Of a DNA stretch of 64,000 bases, positions 1 through 10,130 are shown piece by piece. The translations under genes were made by a program, and so were the position numbers. Numbering within the stretch: the first letter of the stretch is position 1; every line of letters begins with the position of its first letter. Below the pieces are notes generated by a model. It saw only the letters and a list, made by a program, of their open reading frames with translations, was not told the origin of the DNA and did not search any database. This DNA is from a virus, in the IMG/VR virus record IMGVR_UViG_3300021373_003070. One strand, given 5' to 3'.

Positions 1-1
1 C

Positions 2-943
2 GATACATGGTCAGAGGCTATGTACGACGAAGCCGACACTGACTTCTCTGGTAACACTACACCTGCTCACGCTGGTAACTCTCAAACTGGTGCACACGGT
101 ATCGGTATGGAGACTAGCACTGCTGAAGGTCTTGGTGACGGTACCAACCCTGACTTCGGTGAGATGGCGTTTAGCATCGACAAGGTAACTGTAACAGCTC
201 GCAGCCGTGCGCTGAAGGCAGATTACAGCTTAGAGCTCGCACAAGACTTGAAAGCAGTACACGGTCTTGACGCTGAAGCTGAGCTTAGCAACATCCTTGC
301 TGCTGAGATCCTGGCTGAAATCAACCGCGAAGTTATTCGTACAGTAAACAAGTCAGCTGTTGCTGGTTCACAAGGTTCTGTTACAACTAACGGTACTTTT
401 GACCTTGACGTTGACGCTTCTGGCCGTTGGTCAGTTGAAAAGTTCAAGGGCCTTATGTTCCACATCGAGCGCGAAGCAAACCGCGTCGCTAAAGACACTC
501 GTCGTGGTAAGGCTAACATCATCATCTGTTCTTCTGACGTAGCTTCAGCTCTTCAGATGGCTGGTGTCCTTGACTACACTCCTGCTCTTAACAGCAACAA
601 CCTCGCAATCGACGATACTGGTAACACATTCGCTGGTGTATTGAATGGCCGTTTCCGCGTATACATCGATCCATATGCAACTACTAACTACATGAACATC
701 GGCTATAAGGGTTCAGGCGCATTTGACGCTGGTATCTTCTACTGCCCCTATGTTCCACTGCAGATGGTACGTGCGGTTGACCAAGACACTTTCCAGCCTA
801 AGATTGGATTCAAGACTCGCTACGGCATGGTCGCTAATCCTTTCGCTCCATCAGTACAGGGTACTCCTGCAGTTGGAGATGGTTCATTGTCTGCTGGTAC
901 TAACGGATACTACCGTATCTCTACAGTCCAGAACTTGCTATAA
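2..943 (+). CDS. gp23: Major capsid protein gp23, C-terminal part (5'-truncated by the window)
   Basis: Frame open from base 2; T4-gp23 motifs ARSRALKA.YSLELAQDLKAVHGLDAE, FYCPYVPLQMVRA, FQPKIGFKTRYG. Confidence 0.98.
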   Translation, partial: DTWSEAMYDEADTDFSGNTTPAHAGNSQTGAHGIGMETSTAEGLGDGTNPDFGEMAFSIDKVTVTARSRALKADYSLELAQDLKAVHGLDAEAELSNILAAEILAEINREVIRTVNKSAVAGSQGSVTTNGTFDLDVDASGRWSVEKFKGLMFHIEREANRVAKDTRRGKANIIICSSDVASALQMAGVLDYTPALNSNNLAIDDTGNTFAGVLNGRFRVYIDPYATTNYMNIGYKGSGAFDAGIFYCPYVPLQMVRAVDQDTFQPKIGFKTRYGMVANPFAPSVQGTPAVGDGSLSAGTNGYYRISTVQNLL

Positions 944-992
944 CAATAATAATAGCAATCGACCTCGCATTGGTCTGAAATGCGAATTTATA

Positions 993-1017
993 GGGGATCT
1001 TCGGATCCCCTTTTTTT
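993..1017 (+). terminator. Rho-independent terminator after gp23
   Basis: GGGGATC-TTCG-GATCCCC stem with UUCG tetraloop, then T7. Confidence 0.95.
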
Positions 1018-1022
1018 GTCTG

Positions 1023-1051
1023 TGTACCTTGCATAAATAGTACTGTATAAT
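1023..1051 (+). promoter_or_regulatory. Sigma70-like phage promoter (TGTACC-N17-TATAAT)
   Basis: Matches the recurring TGTAC/TTTAC-N17-TA(G/T)AAT motif; a late-like CATAAATA lies in the spacer. Confidence 0.6.
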
Positions 1052-1068
1052 CTATTCATGGATATGAT

Positions 1069-1551
1069 ATGACTACATTCAATAAAAACATGTTATCTCC
1101 TCTTGGCTTTACATTCGAAGTCAAGAAGCTGCCTGGTTTCAATCACTTCGTACAAGCTGTTTCAATACCGGGCGTAACATTAGGTCAATCTGAAATACCA
1201 ACACCGCTCAAAGCAATGCCTATCTATGGCGATCACTTGACATATAGCGAATTGGTTGTAGACTTTAAGGTCAATGAGGATCTGAGTAACTATATTGAAA
1301 TCTTCAACTGGATCAAAGGTCTTGGTTTTCCAGATGACTTTCAACAATTCAAAGAGCTCGATCAAAAAGAATCTGACTGCAATCTCATGATCATGTCGAG
1401 CAATATGAATCCCCTTGTAAGAGTCGACTTTCTCGATGCATTCCCTGTTTCTCTGACTGATATTCGAATGGATTCAAAGGATACCGCAGTGGAATACATC
1501 GAAGCTACGGCTACATTTAAGTTCCTCAATTATACGTTTACAAGTCTATAA
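1069..1551 (+). CDS. gp3: Tail tube terminator/completion protein gp3
   Basis: N.LSP.GF.F, IPGVTLG, F.VNEDLSNYIEIFNW, F.DAFPVSL motifs; lies between gp23 and uvsY. Confidence 0.9.
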   Translation: MTTFNKNMLSPLGFTFEVKKLPGFNHFVQAVSIPGVTLGQSEIPTPLKAMPIYGDHLTYSELVVDFKVNEDLSNYIEIFNWIKGLGFPDDFQQFKELDQKESDCNLMIMSSNMNPLVRVDFLDAFPVSLTDIRMDSKDTAVEYIEATATFKFLNYTFTSL

Positions 1552-1565
1552 AAGTATGGTAGAAT
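1537..1565 (+). promoter_or_regulatory. Early/middle-type promoter (GTTTACA-N17-TAGAAT) for uvsY-uvsW
   Basis: T4-early-like -35 GTTTAC, 17-nt spacer. Confidence 0.65.
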
Positions 1566-1591
1566 AGCCTTTTATTGTACGTAAACACATT

Positions 1592-2029
1592 ATGACATTA
1601 GATGAAATTTTCGAAGAATGGTCAAGTGATACACAAATAGATCATACAGAGTTAGGTAATGCGGCATTAGAGCTAGCCAAATTACATCATAAGTATTATC
1701 GAATGTTATCACGTGAAAGACTTCATGGCAAAAAACTCGAAGCCGATATCAAGCAACTAAAACTTGAGAAAACGGAGTTTTACCAAGATGGACCTACTGA
1801 AGAGCATATTGAAAAAGGCTGGAAGCTTCCTGCTAAAGGACGAATACTACGTTCCGATGTTGGAAATTATGTTGATAGTGACAGCGATATTATTGCTGCT
1901 AACTTAAAGCTAGCCTATCAAAATGAGAAGGTGAATTTATTGCAAGACATTATTAAGACGATTTCTAATCGTGGATTTCATATTAAATCTGCGATAGATT
2001 GGGAGCGCTTCAAAACGGGATCTATATAA
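1592..2029 (+). CDS. uvsY: Recombination mediator UvsY
   Basis: LH.KY, I.NRGF.IKSAIDW.RF motifs; synteny with uvsW. Confidence 0.93.
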   Translation: MTLDEIFEEWSSDTQIDHTELGNAALELAKLHHKYYRMLSRERLHGKKLEADIKQLKLEKTEFYQDGPTEEHIEKGWKLPAKGRILRSDVGNYVDSDSDIIAANLKLAYQNEKVNLLQDIIKTISNRGFHIKSAIDWERFKTGSI

Positions 2030-2109
2030 TGGAATTTAGTGACATGGTAAGTAAGAGTAGATCTAATATGTCAAGATATCATTTTGATAATTGCAAAAAT
2101 AAATTATGA
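2029..2109 (+). pseudogene. 26-codon remnant resembling a homing endonuclease C-terminus
   Basis: Translates MEFSDMVSKSRSNMSRYHFDNCKNKL; NMxR(Y/W)HFDNCK resembles the terminal module of phage free-standing endonucleases. Confidence 0.5.
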
Positions 2110-3551
2110 TTAGAATTCGTAAAGTCAATGAGGTATACAATCAAGTACTCGTTGACGATATGGGCATCGCTCAAGAAATCTCAGACTATTTTACATTCCA
2201 AGTACCCGGCGCACAGTTTATGCCAGCGTACCGTAATCGTATGTGGGATGGGAAGGTCAGGCTGTACAATACATCTACACAGATGTTGTATTCAGGTTTA
2301 AATAATTACGTTCAGATATTTGCCAAAGAACGCGATTATGATGTCACATATGAATACGATAATTCTGCCAATGAGTTCTCTGTCGTAGAAGCCAAGCAAT
2401 TCCTCAAAGATCAGAAGTTTACACTTGAACCTCGCGACTATCAAATCGAAGCATTCGTTGATGCTGTTCGTTATAATCGTGGTCTGTTCTTATCTCCAAC
2501 GGCATCTGGTAAGTCGTTTATCATTTATATGATTATGCGTTGGCATCTCAAGCAGACACTACTCATCGTCCCCACGACTACTCTCGTCCATCAGATGTAT
2601 TCAGACTTTCAGGATTATGGTTTTAACTCAGAAAAATATTGTCATAAGATTTATTCAGGTCAGGATAAAAAGACAGATAAGCCTATTGTCATCACCACGT
2701 GGCAGTCTATCTACAAACTACGTAAGGATTTCTTCAAACAATTTGATGTAGTCATTGGTGACGAAGCGCACCTCTTCAAAGCTAAGTCACTGACATCGAT
2801 ACTGACTAAGTTAGAAGATTGCAAATATCGATATGGCTTTACAGGTACACTCGATGGATCACAAACACATAAGCTAGTCCTCGAAGGTTTATTCGGTCCA
2901 TGTCAACAGGTCACAACAACCAAAAAGCTGATGGATCAAAAACATCTTGCTGACTTTAAGATCAAAATACTGGCGCTCAAATATCCAGATGAGATACGAA
3001 AAGTCGTTGCAAAGATGAACTATCAGGATGAAATGGACTATCTGGTGGCGTGTGAAGCACGCAACAAATTCATTAAGAACCTTGCTCTATCGCTTGAAGG
3101 TAATACGCTTTTACTGTTTCAATATGTTGAAAAACATGGTAGAATATTACAAGATATGGTCGAGAAAGAAGCAGGTGATCGTAGAGTATTTTTTATACAC
3201 GGAGGTGTCAAAGGTGAAGAAAGAGACGAAATCAGAGGAATCGTCGAAAAAGAAACCAACGCTATCATTATTGCTTCTTATGGGACTTTTAGCACTGGGG
3301 TTAATATCCGAAATCTACATTCTATTATATTCGGATCACCTTCTAAATCCAAGATACGAAATCTTCAGTCTATAGGACGAGGACTACGTAAGTCAGATAC
3401 AAAAGAATCCGCCGTGCTATATGATATAGCAGATGATTTATCATGGAAGAGTACAAGTAACTATACACTTAAACATCTCATGGAAAGAGTAAAAGTGTAT
3501 GACGAAGAAAAGTTTGATTATAAACTCTATAGCATAGGAATCAGTGGGTGA
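2106..3551 (+). CDS. uvsW: UvsW DNA helicase
   Basis: SF2 motifs SPTASGKS, DEAH, TGT, QSIGRGLR; WDGK N-terminal motif. Confidence 0.97.
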   Translation: MIRIRKVNEVYNQVLVDDMGIAQEISDYFTFQVPGAQFMPAYRNRMWDGKVRLYNTSTQMLYSGLNNYVQIFAKERDYDVTYEYDNSANEFSVVEAKQFLKDQKFTLEPRDYQIEAFVDAVRYNRGLFLSPTASGKSFIIYMIMRWHLKQTLLIVPTTTLVHQMYSDFQDYGFNSEKYCHKIYSGQDKKTDKPIVITTWQSIYKLRKDFFKQFDVVIGDEAHLFKAKSLTSILTKLEDCKYRYGFTGTLDGSQTHKLVLEGLFGPCQQVTTTKKLMDQKHLADFKIKILALKYPDEIRKVVAKMNYQDEMDYLVACEARNKFIKNLALSLEGNTLLLFQYVEKHGRILQDMVEKEAGDRRVFFIHGGVKGEERDEIRGIVEKETNAIIIASYGTFSTGVNIRNLHSIIFGSPSKSKIRNLQSIGRGLRKSDTKESAVLYDIADDLSWKSTSNYTLKHLMERVKVYDEEKFDYKLYSIGISG

Positions 3552-3928
3552 TAGTAGTTGTAAAAATGAAGAGCGGCGATTTTATTATGGGCAATCTTAC
3601 AATCACTCATGAATCGAGCATCGAACTAAAGGATGCACTGATCGTTGAAATTGGCAAGAATCCTGCCGGTATCACTGTATACTTCTATAAGTATTGTCCA
3701 TTTAATACCTCATTCGATATCTCTTTGCAGAAAACAGAAATATCTAATATATTTGATGATCCTATTCCATCGTTGTCAGATTATTATAAAGCGCAATGCA
3801 AAATACTAAAGCGCACATATGATTTAAAGCTTGAACAGGATGAACAAGACGAAGAGGATGAGCTAGAGGATGATCCATCTTACGAAGCCTTTTTTGAAAA
3901 ATTGAAGACAGACCCGGAGGTACACTAG
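3548..3928 (+). CDS. Hypothetical protein between uvsW and gp55 (Sm-like N-terminus, acidic tail)
   Basis: Overlapping start/stop on both sides. Confidence 0.65.
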   Translation: MIVVVKMKSGDFIMGNLTITHESSIELKDALIVEIGKNPAGITVYFYKYCPFNTSFDISLQKTEISNIFDDPIPSLSDYYKAQCKILKRTYDLKLEQDEQDEEDELEDDPSYEAFFEKLKTDPEVH

Positions 3929-4437
3929 TGGCCAATTATATCAACAACAAAGAATTTTATGCATTGCTTGTAGATTACAAAGCAAAGTGCAATGAAGCTG
4001 ACCTGAACAGTCAGCCAACGCCTCGTATTCCTGAGGACATTGGCAAATGCTTTATGATGATCGCTACTAAGTTATCGACGAAGGCCAATTTCTCTGGCTA
4101 CACATATAAAGATGAGATGATATGTGATGCTCTCGAAAACTGCATCGTGGCTGTGCATAGTTTCAATCCTGAAAAGTCTAAAAATCCATTCGCTTACTTT
4201 ACTCAAATCATTTGGTATGCATTTCTACGCCGCATCGAGAAAGAAAAGAAACAAACATATGTCAAGTACAAATCTCTCGAGCAATTGGTTGTCGATGCTG
4301 ATCTCTTAGAAGACGATAACTATAAGAATTTTGATATCGCCAACGAGAAGATGAAACCTATTATTGATAAATTTGAACAAAAGAAAGCGAAGAAGCCACC
4401 TGAGAAAAAAGGTTTAGAGAAGTTTACAGATGAGTAA
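3928..4437 (+). CDS. gp55: Late transcription sigma factor gp55
   Basis: YINNKEF, NFSGYTYKDEMI.D, NPFAYFTQI...AFLRRI.KEKKQ. Confidence 0.96.
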   Translation: MANYINNKEFYALLVDYKAKCNEADLNSQPTPRIPEDIGKCFMMIATKLSTKANFSGYTYKDEMICDALENCIVAVHSFNPEKSKNPFAYFTQIIWYAFLRRIEKEKKQTYVKYKSLEQLVVDADLLEDDNYKNFDIANEKMKPIIDKFEQKKAKKPPEKKGLEKFTDE

Positions 4438-4591
4438 AGCTTGGTTAGTATGGAAGTATGCCATCGGATCATTTTCTGATGACAAGACTGAAAACTATGA
4501 TGACATTGTGGCGATAATTAGGACACTGGTTGTGCTGGTTAACTTCGTCACATGTTTTTTTATTATGAGCAACGTGGTGCATAACTGGTGA
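4430..4591 (+). CDS. Small membrane protein (53 aa, not in ORF track)
   Basis: MSKAWLVWKYAIGSFSDDKT...IIRTLVVLVNFVTCFFIMSNVVHNW; overlaps gp55 stop and gp47 start. Confidence 0.7.
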   Translation: MSKAWLVWKYAIGSFSDDKTENYDDIVAIIRTLVVLVNFVTCFFIMSNVVHNW

Positions 4592-5643
4592 AGATAGCAT
4601 TAATTACAGATCAACATTTCGGCGCACGAAATGATTCAATACAATTTCATGAGTACTACAAAAAATTCTACGACGAGTATTTCTTTCCTATACTTGCTGA
4701 AAATAACGTCGATACAATTGTGGAGTTAGGAGATATATTCGATCGCCGTAAGTATGTCAACTTCGATACACTATATCGAGCGAGAGAATACTTCTTCGAT
4801 CCTATCATCAACAATGGATATCAGCTTCATTGCATCGTTGGTAATCATGACATCTACTTTAAGAATACAAATCGTGTAAACGCACCTACTCTTCTTGTTG
4901 ATGAGGCTGGTGATAATATACATGTATATGATGATCCAACTGTTGCCAACTTTGATGGGTTGAACATCTTATTGATGCCGTGGATCAACAACGAAAACTA
5001 TAATGATGCGATGCATTATATCGAGAATAGTGGATGTCAAGTTTGTCTTGGCCATCTCGAGCTGAAAGGTTTCGAGATGTACAAAGGCGCCGTGATTGAT
5101 GCTGGATTGCCACACGGCGTGTTTAAAAAGTTTGATATGGTAATGTCCGGACACTTCCATCATAAGTCTACACGAGATAACGTGCACTATCTAGGCGCAC
5201 CATATGAAATGACGTGGTCAGATTATAACGACGATCGTGGTTTTCACATCTTCGATACAGATACTCGCGAACTGACGTACTATAAAAATCCATACACGAT
5301 GTTCAATAAGGTGTACTATGATGATCTAGAAGGTGAGAAAGTATTAGAGCAAACTTTCGGGCATCTTACAAATACCTATGTCAAGGTCATCGTAAAAAAT
5401 AAAGATAATCCATATCTATTTGACCTGTTTATTGACAAACTCAATAGTGCCAATCCTGCTCATGCTCAGGTAGTGGAAGACAACTTCCATCTCGATATGG
5501 AAGACGACGACACCATAGTTGATGAGGCTGAAGACACGATCACAATCATCAACAAGTATATCGATAATCTACAACTCCAAAACAGCAAACCAATGAGTGA
5601 TCTATTTTACGATCTATATCATGAGGTGATAAGTGCAGAATGA
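4588..5643 (+). CDS. gp47: Recombination endonuclease subunit gp47 (Mre11-like)
   Basis: TDQHFG, LGDIFD, GNHD, GH, SGHFH phosphoesterase motifs. Confidence 0.96.
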   Translation: MKIALITDQHFGARNDSIQFHEYYKKFYDEYFFPILAENNVDTIVELGDIFDRRKYVNFDTLYRAREYFFDPIINNGYQLHCIVGNHDIYFKNTNRVNAPTLLVDEAGDNIHVYDDPTVANFDGLNILLMPWINNENYNDAMHYIENSGCQVCLGHLELKGFEMYKGAVIDAGLPHGVFKKFDMVMSGHFHHKSTRDNVHYLGAPYEMTWSDYNDDRGFHIFDTDTRELTYYKNPYTMFNKVYYDDLEGEKVLEQTFGHLTNTYVKVIVKNKDNPYLFDLFIDKLNSANPAHAQVVEDNFHLDMEDDDTIVDEAEDTITIINKYIDNLQLQNSKPMSDLFYDLYHEVISAE

Positions 5644-6076
5644 AGTCATAGCTACCGATGCTGTACCTCACGAATGTGATGGATGCATAGGATGTTGTGA
5701 TGGTACTTTATCACATCGCTATGTGACACAGTCCGGTAAACAATTATATTGTGATAATGATGCCGCGTGCGATTATTGTGGACCATCAGGTTGTCTAGGA
5801 TATGACGATAGACCACAAGGTTGTGATGAGTTCCAATGTTACTGGAAACAAGATTCTGGTTTGCCAATGTGGTTGAACCCCAAAGAATGTGGATTCATGA
5901 TTTTACCTTATCCGAAAGACGGTGGCAATTACTTTACGATCAAAGAGATAAAATCATATGACTTGAATTGGTCTTCGTTGTTGTGGGCATTGGCTTGGGC
6001 TAATGAGACTCATAAAAATGTGTACACTATTTTGGCAAAACAAGGTACAATGTACTTTGAAAACGAACGCGAGTAA
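5633..6076 (+). CDS. Cys-cluster protein (CxxCxxCC, YkgJ-like)
   Basis: CDGCIGCC ... CLGYDDRPQGCDEFQCYW. Confidence 0.6.
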   Translation: MQNEVIATDAVPHECDGCIGCCDGTLSHRYVTQSGKQLYCDNDAACDYCGPSGCLGYDDRPQGCDEFQCYWKQDSGLPMWLNPKECGFMILPYPKDGGNYFTIKEIKSYDLNWSSLLWALAWANETHKNVYTILAKQGTMYFENERE

Positions 6077-6078
6077 GT

Positions 6079-7779
6079 ATGTTATATTTTAAGAAGATTC
6101 GTTGGCAGAATTTTTTGTCAACTGGTAATCAATTTACAGAGATATTGCTTAACAAATCACAATCTACATTGATCGTAGGTGAGAATGGCGCCGGCAAATC
6201 AACAATGCTGGACGCTATTTTGTTTGCGTTATATGGTAAGCCGTATCGAAACATCAATAAGCCTCAGCTAGTCAACAGCATCAATAACAAGCATGCACTT
6301 GTCGAAATAGAATTTAGTACAAAGGGCAAAGACTACTTAGTTCGCAGAGGTATCAAACCGGCAAAGTTTGAGATCTTCTGCGACGATAAGCTTGTTGATC
6401 AGAATGCAAGTGTCAAAGAGTATCAAGATTATCTCGAGAAGACTGTCCTCAAACTCAATCATAAGTCATTCACTCAAATCGTTGTGATTGGTTCGGCCAA
6501 CTTCGTACCATTTATGCAGATGAAAGTATGGGAACGACGTGATGTGATCGAAGATCTTCTTGATATCGAGATCTTTACGAAGATGAACAACGCATTACGC
6601 GACCGCATATCCAAAAACAAAGACGAAGTCATCGAAGCAAAGTATCATATCGATCTGCTCAATGAAAAGATAGAGCTTACACGTAAGCATATGAACGAAC
6701 TAGCGTCTATCAAAAAGTCTGATAAAGAAGCAAAAGAAAAACAGATCAAAGAACACAAACAACAACTGTCTGAGCTCACAGAAAAATACGAAGAGGTCAA
6801 TGGTCAGGTAAAAGAATTACACGAAAGTATTTCTGACTATCAAAAGCTAAAGGATAAGAAGTCGCAACTCAATGAGTTGAAATATAAGCTTGATCATAAA
6901 GTCAAGACATTACACGAAGAGATTGATTTCTTTGAACACAATGACAATTGTCCAGCTTGCACACAACCTATCGATTCACATGTAAAACAATGTGCCGTTG
7001 ATGACAAGAACAGTAAGCGTGTTGAGTTGCAAGAAGCAGTCACACAGATGGATGAACACTTTAGTGAGGTTGAGAATAGACTTGAGCAGGTCATGGTTGT
7101 ACAAGAAAAGATTCAAAGTCTCAACTCATCTCTTCTTAGTCTAAATAATGATATGCTATATCATTCCAATACGATCAAGAAATTGTCAGTTGAAGAGAAG
7201 AAACCAGAAGTCAAAGAAAATACAGATGACATGGCAGATTTGAAGGCTAAGCTAACTGCCAGTCAAGCATCTCATGAGTTTCTATTATTTCAAAAAGAAA
7301 CATATGAAATGGCATCATCACTGCTCAAAGACGGTGGTATCAAAGCAAAGATCATCAAACAATATGTACCTATCATCAACAAATTGATGAATAAGTATTT
7401 AGCTGCCATGGAATTTTTTGTGCAGTTTGAGTTAGATGAACAGTTTAATGAGAAAATCAAGTCGCGATTCCGTGATGAGTTTACGTACGACTCTTTTAGT
7501 GAAGGCGAGAAGATGCGTATTGATTTATCATTATTGTTTACTTGGCGAGCTGTAGCCAAGTTGCGTAATTCTATTACGACAAACCTGTTGATTATGGATG
7601 AGGTGTTTGACAGCTCTCTTGATAACACGGGTACAGATGAATTTATGAAACTGATTACGCAGTTGACTAGCGACACCAATGTGTTCGTGATTAGCCATAA
7701 AGGTGATCAACTATTTGATAAGTTTCATAGTAATATTAAATTTGAAAAGGTTAAAAATTTCTCGCAGATTGCTGCATAG
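6079..7779 (+). CDS. gp46: Recombination ATPase gp46 (Rad50-like)
   Basis: GENGAGKS Walker A, CPAC zinc hook, FSEGEK signature, IMDEVFD Walker B. Confidence 0.97.
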   Translation: MLYFKKIRWQNFLSTGNQFTEILLNKSQSTLIVGENGAGKSTMLDAILFALYGKPYRNINKPQLVNSINNKHALVEIEFSTKGKDYLVRRGIKPAKFEIFCDDKLVDQNASVKEYQDYLEKTVLKLNHKSFTQIVVIGSANFVPFMQMKVWERRDVIEDLLDIEIFTKMNNALRDRISKNKDEVIEAKYHIDLLNEKIELTRKHMNELASIKKSDKEAKEKQIKEHKQQLSELTEKYEEVNGQVKELHESISDYQKLKDKKSQLNELKYKLDHKVKTLHEEIDFFEHNDNCPACTQPIDSHVKQCAVDDKNSKRVELQEAVTQMDEHFSEVENRLEQVMVVQEKIQSLNSSLLSLNNDMLYHSNTIKKLSVEEKKPEVKENTDDMADLKAKLTASQASHEFLLFQKETYEMASSLLKDGGIKAKIIKQYVPIINKLMNKYLAAMEFFVQFELDEQFNEKIKSRFRDEFTYDSFSEGEKMRIDLSLLFTWRAVAKLRNSITTNLLIMDEVFDSSLDNTGTDEFMKLITQLTSDTNVFVISHKGDQLFDKFHSNIKFEKVKNFSQIAA

Positions 7780-7787
7780 GAGTCATC

Positions 7788-7964
7788 ATGTATAAGCTAT
7801 ATACAAAACTAAAAGAAGATCAAGAGTGGATTGCTGTTCTTGATGTCAAGCTCAGTCGAGTAAATAAAGTAGATCGTATTTTTATGAACCGTGAAGAGGC
7901 TGAGGCGTTCGTTAAGCAACAAAACATTCCTGATAACATGTACAAAATTGAAGAACAAGAGTAG
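7788..7964 (+). CDS. Hypothetical protein (58 aa, not in ORF track)
   Basis: AGGAG RBS; MYKLYTKLKEDQEW...EEQE. Confidence 0.55.
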   Translation: MYKLYTKLKEDQEWIAVLDVKLSRVNKVDRIFMNREEAEAFVKQQNIPDNMYKIEEQE

Positions 7965-7967
7965 AAT
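7939..7967 (+). promoter_or_regulatory. Promoter TGTACA-N17-TAGAAT upstream of the NTP pyrophosphatase
   Basis: Exact match to the recurring motif. Confidence 0.6.
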
Positions 7968-7991
7968 AGATACATCATTGAGGAGAAAATT

Positions 7992-8405
7992 ATGAGTAAC
8001 GATTGGGCATCAGACATTCGATCTATGCATGACAAATATGGTGTACACGAATGGGTACAGGAAAATCCAGAAAAGCTACGTGAGTTCCTACAGTTCCGAA
8101 TGAAGTTTATACAAGAGGAATTTAGCGAGACGCTCGAAGCAATCATCAATAATGATCCTGAAGAAATGGTCGACGGTCTTATTGATCTATGTGTTGTAGC
8201 TATCGGCACAATGGATGCATTTGGTATCGATGCTCATAAAGCGTGGAACGAGGTCTTCGCTGCCAACATGGCGAAAGAACGTGGTGTAAAAGAAACACGT
8301 CCTAATCCTCTCGGTCTACCAGATCTGATCAAGCCAGAAGGATGGCAAACACCATCACATGCCGGCAATCACGGCCTACTGGCTGAGATGTCACGATCGG
8401 AATAA
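7992..8405 (+). CDS. MazG-like all-alpha NTP pyrophosphohydrolase (possible dCTPase)
   Basis: EEFSE ... EMVDGLID acidic metal motif, ANMAK, DLIKPEGW. Confidence 0.8.
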   Translation: MSNDWASDIRSMHDKYGVHEWVQENPEKLREFLQFRMKFIQEEFSETLEAIINNDPEEMVDGLIDLCVVAIGTMDAFGIDAHKAWNEVFAANMAKERGVKETRPNPLGLPDLIKPEGWQTPSHAGNHGLLAEMSRSE

Positions 8406-8441
8406 CCGATTAATTTTGTGTTTTTTTGCTGAAAATAAGTG

Positions 8442-8470
8442 TGTACTTTTTCTTGATTATGCTGTAGAAT
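8442..8470 (+). promoter_or_regulatory. Early promoter TGTACT-N17-TAGAAT
   Basis: Motif match, AT-rich upstream tract, downstream TCAAAT leader motif. Confidence 0.7.
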
Positions 8471-8501
8471 AGACTAGTCAAATGGAAAAAGGTACACACT
8501 T

Positions 8502-9128
8502 ATGGCCTATTATTACGGCTCACTCAGAGACTCTCTGATCACAGAATGCCAGAACCAAGGCATGTCTCCATCTCATATCGAAAAGTATGCCAAGTACTAC
8601 ATGGCAAAGCAGAGAGCTGCTCGAGGTGGCGGCCGTTCAAAGACTGGATATCAGGACTCCGATAAGACAAAAGTCTATCGTTCAGAGTGGGCATTTCAGT
8701 CAAAGGTTGACATCCGTCAATTCAAAGATATCGACGAAGCAACACAAAGATTCAAGCAAATCAAGAAGTCAAAGCTGTGGAGTCAGATTGGTAAGCAATG
8801 CTATCTGATGGACAATCGCCGCATGGGTCGTGCTACTGCAGGTCGTGCACACGTTGGTGGTAAGATCGAGCTAGGTACAACAGGCATGGATGAGTATACA
8901 CTTATCCACGAAATGGCACATCAGACACATAACTCAATGCACCACGGTGTACAATTTCGTATCCACTTGTTAAAGTTAGTATCTAGATTTATGGGACGAG
9001 AAGCACATGACATTCTCAAAGCAGAATTCAAAGAACGTAAGCTTAAGCTATCAATGCCTAAGCCACGTTCACCGGCTAGCTGGTTCAAATCATATCAACA
9101 CATGCAAAAAGTAAGAGGTGAAGCATGA
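8502..9128 (+). CDS. SprT-like HExxH zinc metalloprotein
   Basis: TLIHEMAH...HHGVQF. Confidence 0.65.
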   Translation: MAYYYGSLRDSLITECQNQGMSPSHIEKYAKYYMAKQRAARGGGRSKTGYQDSDKTKVYRSEWAFQSKVDIRQFKDIDEATQRFKQIKKSKLWSQIGKQCYLMDNRRMGRATAGRAHVGGKIELGTTGMDEYTLIHEMAHQTHNSMHHGVQFRIHLLKLVSRFMGREAHDILKAEFKERKLKLSMPKPRSPASWFKSYQHMQKVRGEA

Positions 9129-9466
9129 AAGAATCACTTAAAGTTTTACAAGAATGTGCTGAGGTACAAATCAAAAAGTCTAATGACTATCAAAATGATT
9201 ACTCTCGCATTCGTCAAGCAGACTACTATCCTCGTGGTGTAGCTACTATCACAGATCTCATCTATGCTAAAGTTCTTCGTATGCAATCAGTCATCGAAGC
9301 TAGCGAACGTGATCCAGAATATACACCAAACTTCGAATCAATCGAAGATTCTGCTAAAGATCTAATCAACTATGCATCATTCGTTGTTGCATACATGCGT
9401 GGCCAAATGGATGGCCAAGAAACAAACCGTGACTTCCTTAATCGGGTGATTGATGATTCAGAATAA
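9125..9466 (+). CDS. Nucleotide-modification-associated all-alpha NTP-PPase (Nmad1/DUF1599-like)
   Basis: KKSNDY ... K.LR ... ESIEDSAKDLINYA pattern; adjacent to the hydroxymethylase. Confidence 0.7.
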   Translation: MKESLKVLQECAEVQIKKSNDYQNDYSRIRQADYYPRGVATITDLIYAKVLRMQSVIEASERDPEYTPNFESIEDSAKDLINYASFVVAYMRGQMDGQETNRDFLNRVIDDSE

Positions 9467-10130
9467 AGTACATGATATCCGTTCTTATTTCAAAGAAGCT
9501 TTACACAAAGAACAATTCACAATTGACAAGACTGGTCAAAAGACTATCGAATTAATTGGTGCATCGTTTATTGCAGACGAGCCATCTATCTTTGGTAGAC
9601 CGGTTCAAAAGTATATCGATGCCGAGATCAATTGGTATATTTCTCAATCTACTAACATTCACGATATCTATGATGAAGGTAGAGCACCACCTGAAGCTTG
9701 GAAGTATTCGGCAAATGAACACGGTGAGATCAACTCAAACTATGGCCATCTTATTTACAGTGAAAAGTATGGTAATCAATACCATCGTGTAATGCAAGAA
9801 CTTCTCGCTCATCCGGATGGCCGACGTGCAACAATGATTTATAATCGTCCATCTATATGGAATGAATACAACGAGAATGGTAAGTCAGACTTTATTTGTA
9901 CCAATGCTGTAACTTACTATGTACGTAATGGTAAACTCCACTGTGTGGTTCAGATGCGCTCTAACGATGTGGTTTTCGGTTACAAGAATGACTATGCTTG
10001 GCAGAAATATATACTAGATATGTTGGCTTATGATATTTCTAGTCATCACACACAAATATTTTCTGGTGATATTATGTGGCAGGTTCAAAACCTTCACGTA
10101 TACGAACGACACTTTAAATTGGTGGAATAA
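9450..10130 (+). CDS. gp42: dCMP hydroxymethylase (thymidylate synthase fold, T4 gp42-like)
   Basis: NSNYG, DFICT catalytic Cys, MRSNDVVFGYKNDYAWQ with Asp at the dCMP-specificity position, LHVYERHF. Confidence 0.9.
   Translation: MMIQNKVHDIRSYFKEALHKEQFTIDKTGQKTIELIGASFIADEPSIFGRPVQKYIDAEINWYISQSTNIHDIYDEGRAPPEAWKYSANEHGEINSNYGHLIYSEKYGNQYHRVMQELLAHPDGRRATMIYNRPSIWNEYNENGKSDFICTNAVTYYVRNGKLHCVVQMRSNDVVFGYKNDYAWQKYILDMLAYDISSHHTQIFSGDIMWQVQNLHVYERHFKLVE

Noticed and set aside
965-985. Hairpin TCGCATT/AATGCGA before the gp23 terminator
   Set aside because: A single 7-bp stem is too little evidence for a distinct RNA element
9450-10130. Ordinary thymidylate synthase or dUMP hydroxymethylase
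   Set aside because: Asp rather than Asn at the specificity position, plus gp42-type motifs
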